A DNA stretch of 64,000 nt from Felis catus (Eukaryota): NCBI RefSeq assembly GCF_018350175.1, contig NC_058368.1:135038001-135102000 (forward strand). The letters run 5' to 3'. Position 1 is the first letter of the stretch. The number at the start of each line of letters is the position of its first letter. The notes under the pieces are model-generated. The model was not told where the DNA came from and did no database searches. It saw only the letters and a program-made list of their open reading frames with translations. The translations under genes and the position numbers were made by a program. Of the stretch, positions 33,383-47,188 are shown piece after piece.

Positions 33383-35302
33383 AAAATGTTACATCTGAAG
33401 TGGACCCTGGACATCTTCTAGCCCAACCTCCTTGTTCTTACAGATATGGAAACTGAGGCCTAGAGAGCTTCTATGACCCCCTCAGGAGGTCAGAGCCAGG
33501 ACTGAAAGATGTGTCAATGGACTCCACTCTGCCCCCACCCCTCTGCTCAATATATGGAAGTTAATTAACGCAAGCGATGCCATCTATCACAGTTGTATTA
33601 AAGTCCAAAACTCAAGTAAGGACCTAAGCCGATAGTTGAACTGTTTTTCTAAGTCATCAATTTAAGTACATCTTGGACTGAGAAAATACATACTATATGT
33701 AGCTCTGAACAAACCCTTCCCCAACTCTTCCTTTTTCTTTCTGTTTTACCTCCTCCCTGCTTACTTCTTTCTTACTCCGTCTTCCCCCTTGCTCTGGAAC
33801 CTCTCCTGCCTGCCAGAAATAAACTTCGCCTCATGGGCATCTCATTGAAACCCCCATGGCACATTTGGCCTCAAGGGATGCTCCTCTCCTGGGTAGGAAG
33901 CCATCACTAGCAAGCTGTGACGGGGGCCCCAGAATTCAGGCAGGAATAAGGCCAAGTGACGTGGGTAAAAGTGAAACTCAGGACACGGACGTGCTTATGG
34001 ACACAGATCTCCACCCATGTAACCCAGGACTTCAAATAAGCTGGATTCAAAGTCCTCTCCTGCCACACAGTCTAGTTACCTCTGAAAAGGAAGACGACGA
34101 TGACTCCATTGGCTCAGGCAGAAAAGGGGACCAACGGGGCTTCTGTGCACAGCAGTGGCTGAATGTGAATCCTGGGTTCATGTACCTGCTCATATCGGTC
34201 TTTGCGCCGTCTCCTTTTATTTTTGACAAGGTAACAAGCAAGTACCCAGAACTGGCTGATGAAAACAAAATCGCAGATACGAATCTACTTGTAACCCAGC
34301 CCCGCCCGCATGCAGTAACTACCACCCCACGTGCTGTGCTTTTCCTTGCCTTGAATTTCTTTTTATATGGTCTTACTGCATCTATATATTCATGAAAAGC
34401 CTTTTTTAAAATTTTAGTTATTTTTAACATTATAAAAATGGTATTCTATGATGTCTGAGCTTTTCTTCAAAATAATAAGGGAGGGGGAAGGGGCTAAGAC
34501 ATACAGAGGAAGCAAGATTGACTAAGATGAAAGCTAAGTAGTAGGTACCTGGAGGAAATCACAGTATTCTTTCTGTTTCTATATGTTTAAAATTTCCCAT
34601 ACGAAAAACTGCTGAATACTTTATTGCTAAGAATCATCCGTGTTACTTTTTTTAATTTCTGGTATTTCCTAAGGTGAATAGTTCACAGTATATTTGAAAC
34701 ATTTTTGAATACAAGAAATGAAGCAAAAGGAGATTTTTGATTCACTAAAGAATCCAAAGTGACCATATTTCCCTTCTTCCTCTAGACCACAGTTACGTAC
34801 CTCGATTTTCTTCATGCTTCCCCCCAGTTCTGCCCCCAACCTGCCTCCCCAGTATTTCATGAAGCGGATCCAGTTCACAGTGAGCTCTCTGGGCACAACT
34901 CTGGCAATTCCACTGGTCTCATTGTATCTGGTTCTTAGTCACCAAATCCTCGGCTTCCCAAGGTGTGGCTGTCCTGTTAGGTACCTCTTCCTTCCCTGGC
35001 CTCAGGCAGCAGAGGGACCGGAAGAGCCTGAAGTCTGGAGGAAAAGAGGGTGTTACTTGTTTGTGATCAAATCTCCAGAGTTGCTTTTCCCCTTCTGCTG
35101 CTAACAACCCCACTTCTCTAGGGCCTACGTGTGAGGGCCCCCTTTCCAGAAGCTGGGCCCATTTTCAGCTCAACGTGCAGTCTTTCATGTAAAGACCCCC
35201 CTCAAGCCAAATCCAGAGAAAATGGAGTATATATCTCTCTTTTGACTTGATCGGTGACTTTTCTGTCCTTTTAGGCTTTGATCCGCAAATAGAATGCCAC
35301 TT

Positions 35303-35522
35303 TCTTTTTTATTTTTTTTTTAATTTTTTTTAATGTTTCTTCATTTTTGAGAGACAGAGCATGAGCAGGGGAGGAGCAGAGAGGGAGACACAGAATCTAA
35401 AGCAGGCTCCAGGCTCCGAGCCATCAGCACAGAGCCTGACGCGGGGCTTGAACCCACAAACTGTGAGATCGTGACCCGAGCTGAAGTCGGACACTCAACC
35501 GACTGAGCCACCCAGGCGCCCC
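35303..35522 (-). mobile_element. SINEC (felid type)
   Basis: Reverse SINEC; TSD gaatgccactt. Confidence 0.94.
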
Positions 35523-36137
35523 TGGAATGCCACTTCCAAATGTACTTCTAGGCTGCACTGAGACTGACCTGCTTAGAGACTGACCAATGCCCTTCTTTCC
35601 AGGGCACCAAGTTCGTTGCTCGTAACCCGAAAATGCTAACCATTGGTTCGGCATTGGTTGCCTATTACGTGCCAGGCACCGTGATAGGCTTTGTGTTTAT
35701 GATGACACCTCAGATGGAGGCTCTGCTCCAACACCTCCCCATTCACTAGGAATGCAGCAAAGCACTCAAACAAATGTAACAGAAGCACTTGCACTCAGGC
35801 AGCAGTATGACTTCCGCGGGCTGTAATACATGTGCCTTCATTGGCCAACTTGCTGCAGAAAAATACCAAAAATTCTATTTTTAATTTGTACATACTGCAC
35901 AAAGATAAATGTATTAATATTTCATTAGAAACATTACTTCTAATTTTAAAAGAATTTAAAACATTTTTATGACTTCCTAAAAATATCATGGGTCCTAGCC
36001 TCTCCATGTCCTGTGCCTACTGAGAAGCACTGGCCCTGCCTACCATTTGTATTTTCTCCCCTATTTGGGGATAACTCAGCCCCACCTCTTTATTCCTTCC
36101 ATCTCTTTCTGACAATAAGAATCCCCTTATGATCATA

Positions 36138-36351
36138 GGGGTGCCTGGGTGGCTCAGGTGGTTAAGCATCTGACTTGGGTTCAGGTCATGATCTCATGGT
36201 TTGGGAGTCTGAGCCCCACATCGGGCTCTAGGCTGAGAGCTCAGAGCCTGGAGCCTGCTTCAGATTCTGTGTCTCCCTCTCTCCGCCCCTCTCCCACTTG
36301 TGCTCTCTCTCTCAAAAATAAATAAACATTAAAGAATGTTTTTAAAGAGAA
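36138..36351 (+). mobile_element. SINEC (felid type)
   Basis: TSD aagaatcc(c/g)cttatgat. Confidence 0.94.
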
Positions 36352-36511
36352 AAGAATCCGCTTATGATGGTAAGTCTCCATTTGGTTTCCGTCCACTGAA
36401 CCTGTATGTATCAACAAAGAATAGCAATGAAATCACATTTAAAACAATGTATTTTTCATTTATCATGACAGCAGCCCAGATATGTCAAATAATAGTTAAA
36501 GTTTATTGAGT

Positions 36512-36533
36512 ATTTTTTTAACGTCTATTTTAT

Positions 36534-36570
<37 letters not shown>

Positions 36571-36739
36571 GGTGAGCGGGGGAGGGGCAGAGAGAGTGAG
36601 GGAGACACAGAATCCAAAGGAGGCTCCAGGCTCTGAGCTGTCAGCACAGAGCCTGACGCGGGGCTTGAAGTCACAATCCACGAGATCATGACCAGAGCCA
36701 AAGTCGGAGGCTTAACCGACTGAGCCACCCAGTCACCCC
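36512..36739 (-). mobile_element. SINEC (felid type)
   Basis: Reverse SINEC; TSD-like tattgagt. Confidence 0.92.
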
Positions 36740-36759
36740 TCAAAAATGTATTGAGTCTT

Positions 36760-36970
36760 AACTGTGTGAGCCACACAAGTTCACATGTGTTAACTCATTT
36801 AAGATGACGACCCTGTGGAGGAGACGGGGTAGTATTGCCATTGCCCTTACTTTATAGATGAAGAGGCAGAAGCACTCAGAGGTTAAATAGCTCATTTGGG
36901 GCCACACAACTAGTGAAAGATACAGCCAGTATTTGAACTTGTCAGAGGCCAGAGCCTTAACCACTGTGCT
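36760..36970 (-). mobile_element. MIR SINE
   Basis: 'ttaactcatttaa...tttatagatgaagaggcagaagcactcagaggttaa...atttgaac'. Confidence 0.65.
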
Positions 36971-39354
36971 AGATGACCTAGGACACAATTGTGTGGCACA
37001 TCTCTCACACAGGCTATTTTCTACACAATTGTGAATTTTCCACCCTCTATAAACCTGCAGCCTGCCAGGAGCCCATCCGTAGCCCCAGGGCGGGGAACCT
37101 GCCCTTGGGGTAAAATTTCCAACTTTTTATAGCATTAAGCTGCCAAGGGGACTCCTTTAATACATGAAATATTCCTGTTTCAGGGGCTGAATCAGGGAAA
37201 CACAGTAGCCGCACTTTCCCTGTGTGCCCCCGAGCTCCTTCTTGTAGCTGAACATGAGCCAAATGAATGAGAAGCTGTGACGTTCCCACCCAGTCCTCCT
37301 TATCTCCTAAAATGACTAAAGAGATTTGAGGCCCCCCTGGACCCCTGCATTGTTCAATGGCTTTAGGACCGGGATTACAGCCAGCCAGCACCTCCTGGGT
37401 TGTGCCTTCGCCAACAAGGCAGACTCACACAGAAAAAGAATTTAGGTTAAAAAAGATGGTACGTTAGATCCCAGGCCCACGAAGCCAGAACAATCCTCGT
37501 TTGCCAAGCAGAAATTTATGTAATCACAAGACTAAAGACACTTTTAATTTCCAAAATGTTATTGCAACCAGCACAATCATCCTGCCTAGGTGAGTGCCAA
37601 AATACTTTTTCCCTGAGTCCTCCTAAGTGCTTTGAGTTGACAGAAAATACCCTCTTGAAATTACACAGTTAACTCCAGAACCGTAGCTGTGCCACCAGAG
37701 AAAGAAAGACAGGAAGGAAGCATTTCAGCTGAGATGTACATCATGGGGGACGGGAAGAGATAACATCCTGACCCATATATACAGTTTCTGGCCCAGAAAA
37801 TATTATCTGCTTAATGATAACTGTAGTATGCACTCAAAAGCAAGCATGGAAAATCATCGTGTTTTTTTGTAGGGAGGGGCAAAGCCTGAGAGCTTGTGAT
37901 TTTTTTTTTTTCCACTCATATAGCTTGAAGCCAACAAACACGTTGTACTGGATAATATCATATATACTTACAGAGGGGAATAAATGAAAGCTGACTCAGA
38001 AGAGCCCGTTAGACTGCAGCATTTGGGTAACCAGTAATGAGCAGACAGATAAAAAATCATGTGACCACCTAATACAACATTGACTCTTTTCTTAAAAAGA
38101 ACCAAAATATTATCTGTTGTTAAAAATAAGCCTCAATTCCATGGCCGTCTACCGTAAATCACTGCCTCCGTGTAAAGAAATCCTGATCGCTTAGTCAGAT
38201 TTCCTGGAATGACAGTCCAGGCAGAGGCAAATGCTTGGGTCAGGGCATGTGGATAGGTGACAGATGGTGGAGTTTAGCCTTTCAACACATAACCGTAACC
38301 TTATGCACTGTCTGAGTTTATTTTCAATCCCATACACAAGGGCTTATTGTTTATAATAAGCTCTCCTCCAAACCCATTTCCAGGAAAAGATTCTCTGTGT
38401 GTGTCACCCTCTATCACTTCCCAGGCTGCACAGTGACCATGAGGGCTCCAGGACCCGGGGCCAAGCGTCAACTGCCAACAATCGGTGGAGGGGCTTGAAA
38501 TTCCCAGTCCTTGTGACTATTTATATTAGTGTCCTGTCTAGTCTAGTCTCAGATGCACCTTGGATGCGTTACTTAGAATTTTCAGCCTTACTTCTATTTT
38601 CTCACCTGGAATGAAAACCAATGCACATTTCACCAAGGCATCTCTAACTTGTTAGAAAAAGAGGGAAGGAAAGAAAATTTTGTCTCACAGGTTGGGTTTC
38701 TATCTGAAGGTGGGAAAACTCAGTAATTTATACTCAAAAGTAAACAAGCTACACTCACCCCCAGCCTAGGAAACGTGTAAACATTAAATGGGCAATTCTG
38801 ATTTTATTCTTGGTACCGTGTTCATGTTCTGAGTCAACTCTCGCCTTCTCTCTACTTTGAAGCTGATGAACGCAGGCCCCTGATTCCATCTGAGACCATG
38901 TAATTCCACTGGGCTTTCTAGAAGGCTTGGGGTCAACACAGGGACATGAATTTGAATGAGCACAAATTCTAGCTATATGACTCCAACTAAAATGTGAGGC
39001 AGAGAACAGCTCTGAGATTCGTGAACATCAATTTACTTGGGGAGAAGCTGGAGAAAACTTTGAGTTTGGTCTCAAAATAGCCTGGACAATTTTAGTTTTC
39101 TGACAGCATTTGGTGGCAAGCCTGTTAAAGAACACCATCTTGAAATTTCCCATTTGTGGGCTGTAGATAGCATATCATCTGGACGCACCCAGAGCGTCAG
39201 AAGCATTAATCACCAAGGCACACCTGGCATGGAACAGAGATGTGAGGAGAGGATGAGAAAGAGTTTTAGGTGGACCCCCTACCTTCTGTGTCCTCCACTT
39301 CTGCCTATTTGATTAGTCAACAGCTTGCCCGATTGCTCACTCAGAGAGGCCCTA

Positions 39355-39475
39355 GGGTACAGTGGTTAAGAGCACAGACGCTACAGTTAGGAGGACATGT
39401 TTCTGAATCCCAGCTCTGCCGCATACTGGCTCTGTGACCATGGACCAGTTCCTTAACTTCTCTGAGCCTTAGCTG
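39355..39475 (+). mobile_element. MIR SINE 5' part
   Basis: 'cagtggttaagagcacagac...gaatcccagctctgcc...ttaacttctctgagcct'. Confidence 0.7.
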
Positions 39476-41690
39476 TGTAGGGTGATAAGTATGCCAGGAC
39501 TGGCACAGGGCCTGCACACTTGGGGGCTCAGGGCTCTTCCTCTCTTACCCTTCCCTGTTCACTGAGTGTTCATGGATGTATGCAGAGTACTCAGTCAGTG
39601 CTCACAAACCATTAATTTATCTTTATTACTGGTGGCCCAATGATGACAAGCTTAAAATTATTGTTGTTATCATTATTCTTGGGAAAAGGCCACGTAGAAG
39701 TTGCTGTTTCTCATTCTAGTTATCAAGTCACTTCAGCGTAGACAGTTGTGTTCTGGACTGAGCTACCTGGGAGGCTTGGCAGATGTCAGGCTAGGGGTCA
39801 CCCTTTGTTCTCACATAAGAGTCGAAACCTGGCATTCTCTGATTTGACAAAGTATGAATGCCTGGCTGCTCTTGGCAATGGCATGCAAAGGTGTCAGTCC
39901 TATGTACCAGTCCTGTATTTATAATGGGATTCTTTGAGAGCTGAAAAGAAACAGGAACCAGAATCTTTATTTCAGATATTCCAAGTTATTTGAACATCTC
40001 TCAAATACTGAAATCTTTTCAACTGAACTGAGTTAGCAGGAAAAGTCACTGGAGTGAGACCCAAGAGGAACTGCCCCATCAGGTACATTTGAGTGCCTTA
40101 AGCTTCAGAATAAGGTCAAGATTTTCCAGGAGGCAAGGTGGTCCAGCCCTGATACTGCCTCTTCCACATTCAGTCACCATCACACCATGACCATGCCCAG
40201 TGGCAAATGGCTGAGTATGTGAGAAAAGAAGACTGATCACAGACACTCATCTTGCTGGAACCCAGCTTGGTATGGCATGGGGCCCCATGCCTGAGTGGAA
40301 CATGGCATTCCAGGCAGAAGCACTCTTCTTCCCTGCCAACCCCTCCTGGCCCTTTTGTCTGCACTAGACTGATGGACTAATGTTTTCAGTAGTGACAAAG
40401 CAAGAGCTGGCAGCTTCTCCCATGAGTGACTGTGTTGGCCTGTGTGGACTGAGGTTCTTGGCTTCTCATGGGCAATGGCCAGGAAAGAAAGAACAGACTT
40501 CTCTTCTCAGTGAAAACAGGGAATTGGAATTATTATAAATTGAACATTCAAAGAAATGGGAGGTTATTTCATATTCCAAACTGATGAAGCAGGATATATC
40601 AGTTATGCCCAGGTACATTTGAGTTGACAGCCTTCATAACACCTGTTCTAAGTCCTTCTGCAGATCCCTAAACTACAGAATAGGTGAAAACTGAAAATCG
40701 CCAAGAGCTTACATCTTAGGAAGAGTTGTATCTCTTTACCGTACTGTCTCCTAGTCCAGATTTCCAAATGAGGAATGGACTAAAATGGAGGTTAACTTAT
40801 CTTTTGAGCTGGACAATTCATTTCCCTTTGGTGACTAATTTCTAATCCCTTCCTCCCCCCAACTGGACCTTTGGCCAATTTCAACTAATTATGAAAACTT
40901 GTATCAGTTTCAGGTTCCTGGTCTTCAGAGACAAAAATGATGTTGTATCAGAATGATCTTGTCATAGTATTCTTAAAGAAAAATCCAAACTAGCTCACTA
41001 GAAAAAAATATGGTAAATATTCTTGCAAAGGTACCATGAACACATCAAGAACCAGGACCTTCTTTCCAGTTTTGCTTAAAATAGGCTCAAAGGTACCATC
41101 TACACTGATTGGTTGTAATGCAAATTTGTCAGGTTTTCTATGACCATAAAAAAAACAAAGGCCTGGGGTGGGGAAAAACCTTTCTCATTACAGAGAAATG
41201 TAATAGTAGAATCGGCAATTTTATAATCAGATCAATATAGCATGTTTTACCTGATATTCTCAAAGCCATTCTCAACATCAATACTGAACTTCATGACACT
41301 GTCAGTGGGTGGAGAGGTGTCAAACATTTGCTCACCCGTTGTGTACCTTAGCTTCCATTGTTTGCAGAACCTGAATTGAAATTCCTATCTCTCAATTTAT
41401 CATTCCCACCGGCACCCCTACATCAATCTTCTTGGCTGGGTTGAGTGGACGGAGTTTAGGGGAGGATGTGCATTTGGGTGACTTGTTTGGTTGGTTCAGA
41501 GAATTTGGCCTGGGATTGGGCTTGAGACTGAAGAGACACTTTACCTCTGTGGGCCTGAGGAACTTCAATATGTGATAACATTCTTGAGCCTTTCAGACTT
41601 CTATGAGACCATTGGGTAGGAAGGCCCAGCATGACCACCATGCCATCAAGACATTGGACACTCACCCATTTGCCTATGAAAAGTCTTGAG

Positions 41691-41976
41691 CATGTGGAAT
41701 TTAAGAAATAAAACAGACAAACAAACAAACAAAGGGAAAAAAGAGAGAGAGAGAGAGAGAGGCAAACCAAGAAACAGGCTCATACCTATAGAGAACAAAC
41801 TGATGGTTACCAGAGGGGAGGTGGGTAGGGAAAGGGATTAAACAGGCAATGGGGACTAAGGAGGGCACTTGTGATGATACTGGGTGATGTATGGAAGTGC
41901 TGAATCACTGTATTTTACACCTGAAACTAATATGACACTGTATATTAACTAAGCGGAATTTAAATAAAATTAAAAA
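41691..41976 (+). mobile_element. Short 5'-truncated L1 3'UTR insertion
   Basis: 'catgtggaatttaagaaa...gagaacaaactgatggttaccagagggg...tacacctgaaactaatat'; TSD aaaagtcttgag. Confidence 0.9.
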
Positions 41977-44299
41977 CAAAAGTCTTGAGAATCATGTCTA
42001 CTGGGTACCCATCCCTGAGTTTTTTAGGGGATTTGGGTTAGACACATGGATCTTAGCAATGTTCCAGAACAAACCTTTTGTTTTACTGACAAGTAAACTA
42101 GCCCAAAGTCATTTGAACAGCAAGTCCATGAACAAGATTATGGTTTCATCATTCCTAATGTTCTTTCTATCATCCAATTCTTCCTTATGTAAAAACAAGG
42201 AGGATGTGATTTTCTCCTGGAGGGGTTCACAATAATGGGATGGGGATGGTGGCGGGGGGATGAGACTTTGTGCTACTGAACAGTGGATATCTCAACATGA
42301 GAACGTGACAGGGATGTAGGAGAGAATTAATATATGCTGAGCACCTGTAATGTACAAAGGATCTGACTATACATTTTCTCACCTAATCCTTACATCGAAT
42401 TTATGATAAATATGTAATCTCTCATTTTATTGGAAAGGAAACTGAAGCTCAGGTTCTGCATTCTTCATTAGCATGTGCATGGAACTGTTCCTATCCTTAC
42501 ACCTACTCCTCTGAGGACCCAGAATCAGTGGACTCCCAAAGGGGAGCGATTTAGTCAAAGGCTGCTTGGAAACATAAAGCCTGAACTGGGGTATTGCACC
42601 TGCTTAAGCACAGAGAAGCCTCAGCAGATGGAGGAAACACAGATGACCTCCCCACGATTCTGTCACTGCCCAGAGAAGACTGGAACCAGTTACCCACCCA
42701 CTAACTTGCAGTCTCAAATATAAATTGCCTAGAAAATCGAGCATGCTAAAGAGAAAATTTGCATCTTAAACCTGCAGTGGCCCCATGTAGAGAGGGTGTA
42801 TTCTGGGCAAGGATAGTATATTGGGTATGGCTCAACACAGTATATAGTGGGGAGCTCCTGAGGGTATAGAAGACACTGACGTCCATTTTATGAGTTTGAT
42901 TATTTGATGTGGAACCAGAACAGGCATGAGCACAGCGGTGCAGGGATGGATAGCTAGACATAGCTATATACAAGTGTTGAGGGAGTCAGGCAGGACAGAG
43001 TGAGGACAGGTAGGGCAGGGTTATACATGGTGAGTTTAAGAAGTATGATTTGAAGCAACGTAGTTTAAAGGACATGGCTTGACAGAGATCGAGGAGAAAC
43101 TCTTTAGGGAAGGTGTGAGGGTGAGGCAAGGAAAAGCCCAGGCTTAGTTGGAACAGAGACCTCAAAACAGAACCCAGTAGCTAGAGAAGAGACAGTTTGG
43201 TTAAGGAGTTTGCTAGGAAAGTTATAAAGTCATAAACTCAACCGCATTAGCCTTAAGCACCTACGTACGGAATCTTCAAACTCCTCAAGGATCCCATTCC
43301 ACTTTGAATACCTTTACATAGGACTCTGGCATTCTCGTGGTCTCTTTATGTATGGGATTCTGAGTCAACCAGGAAAGAGGAAAAGATCTTGTCAGAACTG
43401 AGGTTTTACCATCCCTTTCCCCTAAACAAAGAAGTTAAAAGCAGCAGATCGACCAGATTCGCATAAACACCGAATCTGAATTTTATGAAGGAGCTTCAGA
43501 ATGCACACAGACTATCAATTAAAATGTGCTGGGGAAATTAGGCCACTAACTGTCAATGGGCATGAATTGCTCCCTGAGGAATTTCCATTAGATTTAAGTT
43601 TGATGAGATGTTCCAACACTGGATCCAAAATTTTTTTAACTCTTGGTTGCTATCAAGGTGGAAACTGGAATTGGCATTTAATAAAATCTCTCGTGCAGCT
43701 AAAAAGGTGAAAACATTCTTCTTGAGCAAGCTATGAACAAATGGAGTGACTTAAAGGCAGGTGCTTCAGACGGAGAGGGCACATATTCTGTTTAATAATA
43801 TAAGAGACTTGGAATAGGTAGCAGGCTCATTATTTTGGCAAAAATAATGTTTGTTGCCCGTTTTTTTTTTTCTGACTTCTTCTAGAAATGGATAGACAGA
43901 AACCTGGATTCCTGGGGGAATTATCAGGGTTGTCACGCACAGTGGTGCAGGTTATACCCTAAACAAAGGTGCCCAGAGATGGGACAACTCTGAGCTGAAA
44001 GCCAGTATTCCTCGTGATTTAAGTTCCATGAGGATAGGGGCCTTGAGATCTTGGTTCCTTCCATAACTTCTATGTTTGCAACAGCCCCTGACGTACAGCA
44101 GTTCCACGAAAGTATGTGTTAACTGAAAGAATAAGGAAATAAAGTGGTCTCAGCAATATGGCGTCAAGCTGGATGATCATGAAGAAATGTTGAGGAGGCT
44201 ACTTCCTCAGATAGATGCAAGGCCACTACCAAGGTATGTGTATCTGGTACACAGTGTTAGGGTTCTGCCCAGTAGCTACGAAATGGCCAGACATGGCCA

Positions 44300-44843
44300 G
44301 TGTAGAGAAGCCAGGAGTGGTGGCTTGGGGGGAGTGTGCTCAGGCCATGCTCCCCCATTTCCTTACCAACCATATTCATGTTTTGTTTCAGGTAGGAATG
44401 TGTCTCTCTAAAATCTTTGCTTTTCCAGACTATAGCAAAGACATGGAAATTCATTTCAGGCCATTTAGACATAATTAAAGGCCTGCTAGAGATTTCTGGG
44501 AAAGTTTTGTTTTGCTGCCTCAGATGTCATCTCTTAGTCCTTTTTTTAATCCTTTGAGCCCCTCAGACATTCCTTCTTTCTGCTGAGAGCAAAGACACTG
44601 AGTATGGAAAAGAGGCAGCCGTCTTGTGACCATGAGGCAACAACCATGAGGCAAAAACCCTACGTCACAGATAGAGGAAAGAAATACTGAAGGAGACTGG
44701 AACACTTAAGAGCTTACAGAGCCCTTGGGATGGCTCACTTCCAGACTTTTAATGTGTGAGAACAACACCCCTCTTTCCACTTGGTTAAACCACAGCAGTA
44801 AAATTTTGGTTACATGCAGCTGGGCCCAATTCCTAACTGACAC
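44300..44843 (+). mobile_element. MaLR (MLT1J/I-like) solo LTR
   Basis: 'gcagccgtcttgtgaccatgagg...gttacatgcagctg...ttcctaactgacaca'. Confidence 0.7.
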
Positions 44844-44849
44844 AATAAG

Positions 44850-45130
44850 CAACCACCAGGAATGTAAGCCATCTAGAGATGCTCAGAAATACTTGAGGAG
44901 GAGACAGGATTTCTGGTATCCAATATGGAGACTTGGAATAAGATTGACGGATATTCAGGAACATAGTGATTTCTCGGGAAGCAGGAGGACTTGGGTGACA
45001 AAATAAAGAATTTTCCAGCAGTGAAGCTTTTGAAGTTACTGAAATATACTATGAAGACAGTCTGTGGACTCTCAAATATGTGTTTTTGGGATTTCCATTC
45101 TGACAACAGCAGAAATGACCTCCTAGTTGA
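44850..45130 (+). mobile_element. L3/CR1 LINE fragment
   Basis: 'aagaattttccagcagtgaag...actgaaata...tgtggactctc' resembles the CR1 3' end. Confidence 0.45.
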
Positions 45131-46963
45131 GCAATGCCTGAAAGAACCATCTGTCCAGAACTTCATCAAGCTCGAGCTACAAAGATGTGGTACAAACCAG
45201 TTTGAGAACTTCACATTCCTTCTGTTGCCTAATGCCACTGAGCCAAAACGAGCCAATTTATTTTGAATGGGTTGCTGTTAATTTGATCTCCAAATTACCG
45301 GTTGGTAATTTTAGTGTCCATGATCTAAAAGTACCTCATGACTATAAGGAGGAACAGTTGATATAATCACTGTCATCAAAATAACAACCTCATTTCACAT
45401 GTTAACACCTTGAGTCTGTTGACACTATTGGTTAACTGTGCTACACATCTATTCTGCTTTCCACAACACTCGTGTGAACTAGTGTCCTGAGGAGCTGTGG
45501 GCTCTTTGAAGCATATTTGGAGACTTTTTCTGCCCTTAGCATCCATGTAGCTAGAAACAACAGGGAGGTGTTGATTGGTAGGTATATTTTTAGTCAAATC
45601 ACTTCAACGCCAAACAGGGAGTGCTTCAGGCAGTAAGTAGTGAGATATATCTGATTAGGACTCATAAATTTTGTTTAGGACTCCTCCTATAGCTAAGTGG
45701 CTGGCATGGCATGGCTATAGCTATGTGTGTTTTGGTGGATGCCCTTGGGTGGCCCACTTTCATATGAAAAAAAACAACTCCTTACTGTGGCAGAGTACCA
45801 CCTTTATTCTGTGGAGCTCCAAAATTTATTTTCCAGAAGATATGTTTCTCGGTTCACATCTCTGTGGAGCAGTGAGACGTCCTATACTAACCAATCCAGC
45901 CCCCACCCACTCCCAACAAACACAACACACACACACACACAAACTGAAAGTCAGCTTCAATACGAGGCCAATTCTCAATTACTTTCATAGAAGGGTCACA
46001 AATTTGTGAATTATATTCAGGCATGCAGAAGTCAACATAGATTCTTTATTTTTTTCTTCTCTCAGATCTTCTCTTAATCGAGAGGGCTTTTTTCTCCACA
46101 GGCAGCAGAGAATAGTTAATGTTGCTACTCCAAGGTTACTGAGTCTTTGTTGTTCCTTGGATGTTCCAGGCCTGACATGATGGGACTGTTTGGATCTTGA
46201 CTCTGTTGCCCATTCTTGTCTCTAGTGTGACCCAGCTTACCTTATTTGCACCTATCACTTGAAGTAGAAGTTGTGATTTCTGCCATAGCCTCCTGACAGG
46301 AGGACCCAGCACCATAAAACAACCTCCTTATTCCCTGTCCCTCTGTGGCTCAGGGGTCTACAGGACTTCCTGATTCTTCTACTGAGACACATGAGGGTTC
46401 CGCAGTTCCATGTGGACCAAGAAGGCCACCTCCAGGCTTTCTGAACCATGCAGGTGGCACCATGCTGTTTCCATGCTAGGCTCAAAACGGGGAGCTCCCC
46501 CTTGAAGTGATTTTGAACTAACTAACATTTGTCTTGAGATGTTTAGGTTGTATCAACCTGCTGTGAGAGTTTCTCAAGCCTTCTTCCACTTGGAATTTTG
46601 ATCTTGATGGTGAGGTTTTATCCCTCAATTCTGGAATCTTTCCTCTCCTTCCTCTCCCTCCCTGGACTCCTCTCACTGGAACATGAAGGGCTTTCTTACT
46701 TTGCCTTTCAGTCAGATGAAATTTATTCTTACATCATATCTTTCTTCTTCTTTTTTTCTAGGTCTTATAAATAAAGCTCTGGAGTCCAAATTTACCAGAC
46801 TTGACTCTAGATAAGTAAAGGGAAGCTTTACAAAGTAGAAGGCTCTTCCCCCACCCCACCCTTAAATGCTTGGCTTTCAAGGTTATTGTCACACTATTGA
46901 CTCAAAACATTAGCTTTTCAACTTAGAGGGAAATGATAACCTCTGAGTTTAAGTGTCTACCCA

Positions 46964-47188
46964 GGAGTGCCTGTGTGACTCAGTCAGTTAAGCATCGGAC
47001 TTCAGCTCAGGTCATGATCTCACAGTTCGTGGGTTCGAGCCCTGCATTGGGCTCTGTGCTGACAGCTGAGAGCCTGGAGCCTGCTTCGGATTCTCTGTCT
47101 CCCTCTCTCTCTGCCCATCCCCCCGCCTGTGCTCTGTCTCCCTCTCTCTCAAAAATAAATACACACTTAAAAAAATTTTAAGTATGTA
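46964..47188 (+). mobile_element. SINEC (felid type)
   Basis: TSD tttaagtgtctaccca. Confidence 0.94.

Noticed and set aside
33856..34430. 179-aa plus and 127-aa minus ORFs
   Set aside because: No recognisable domain or exon structure; compatible with chance.
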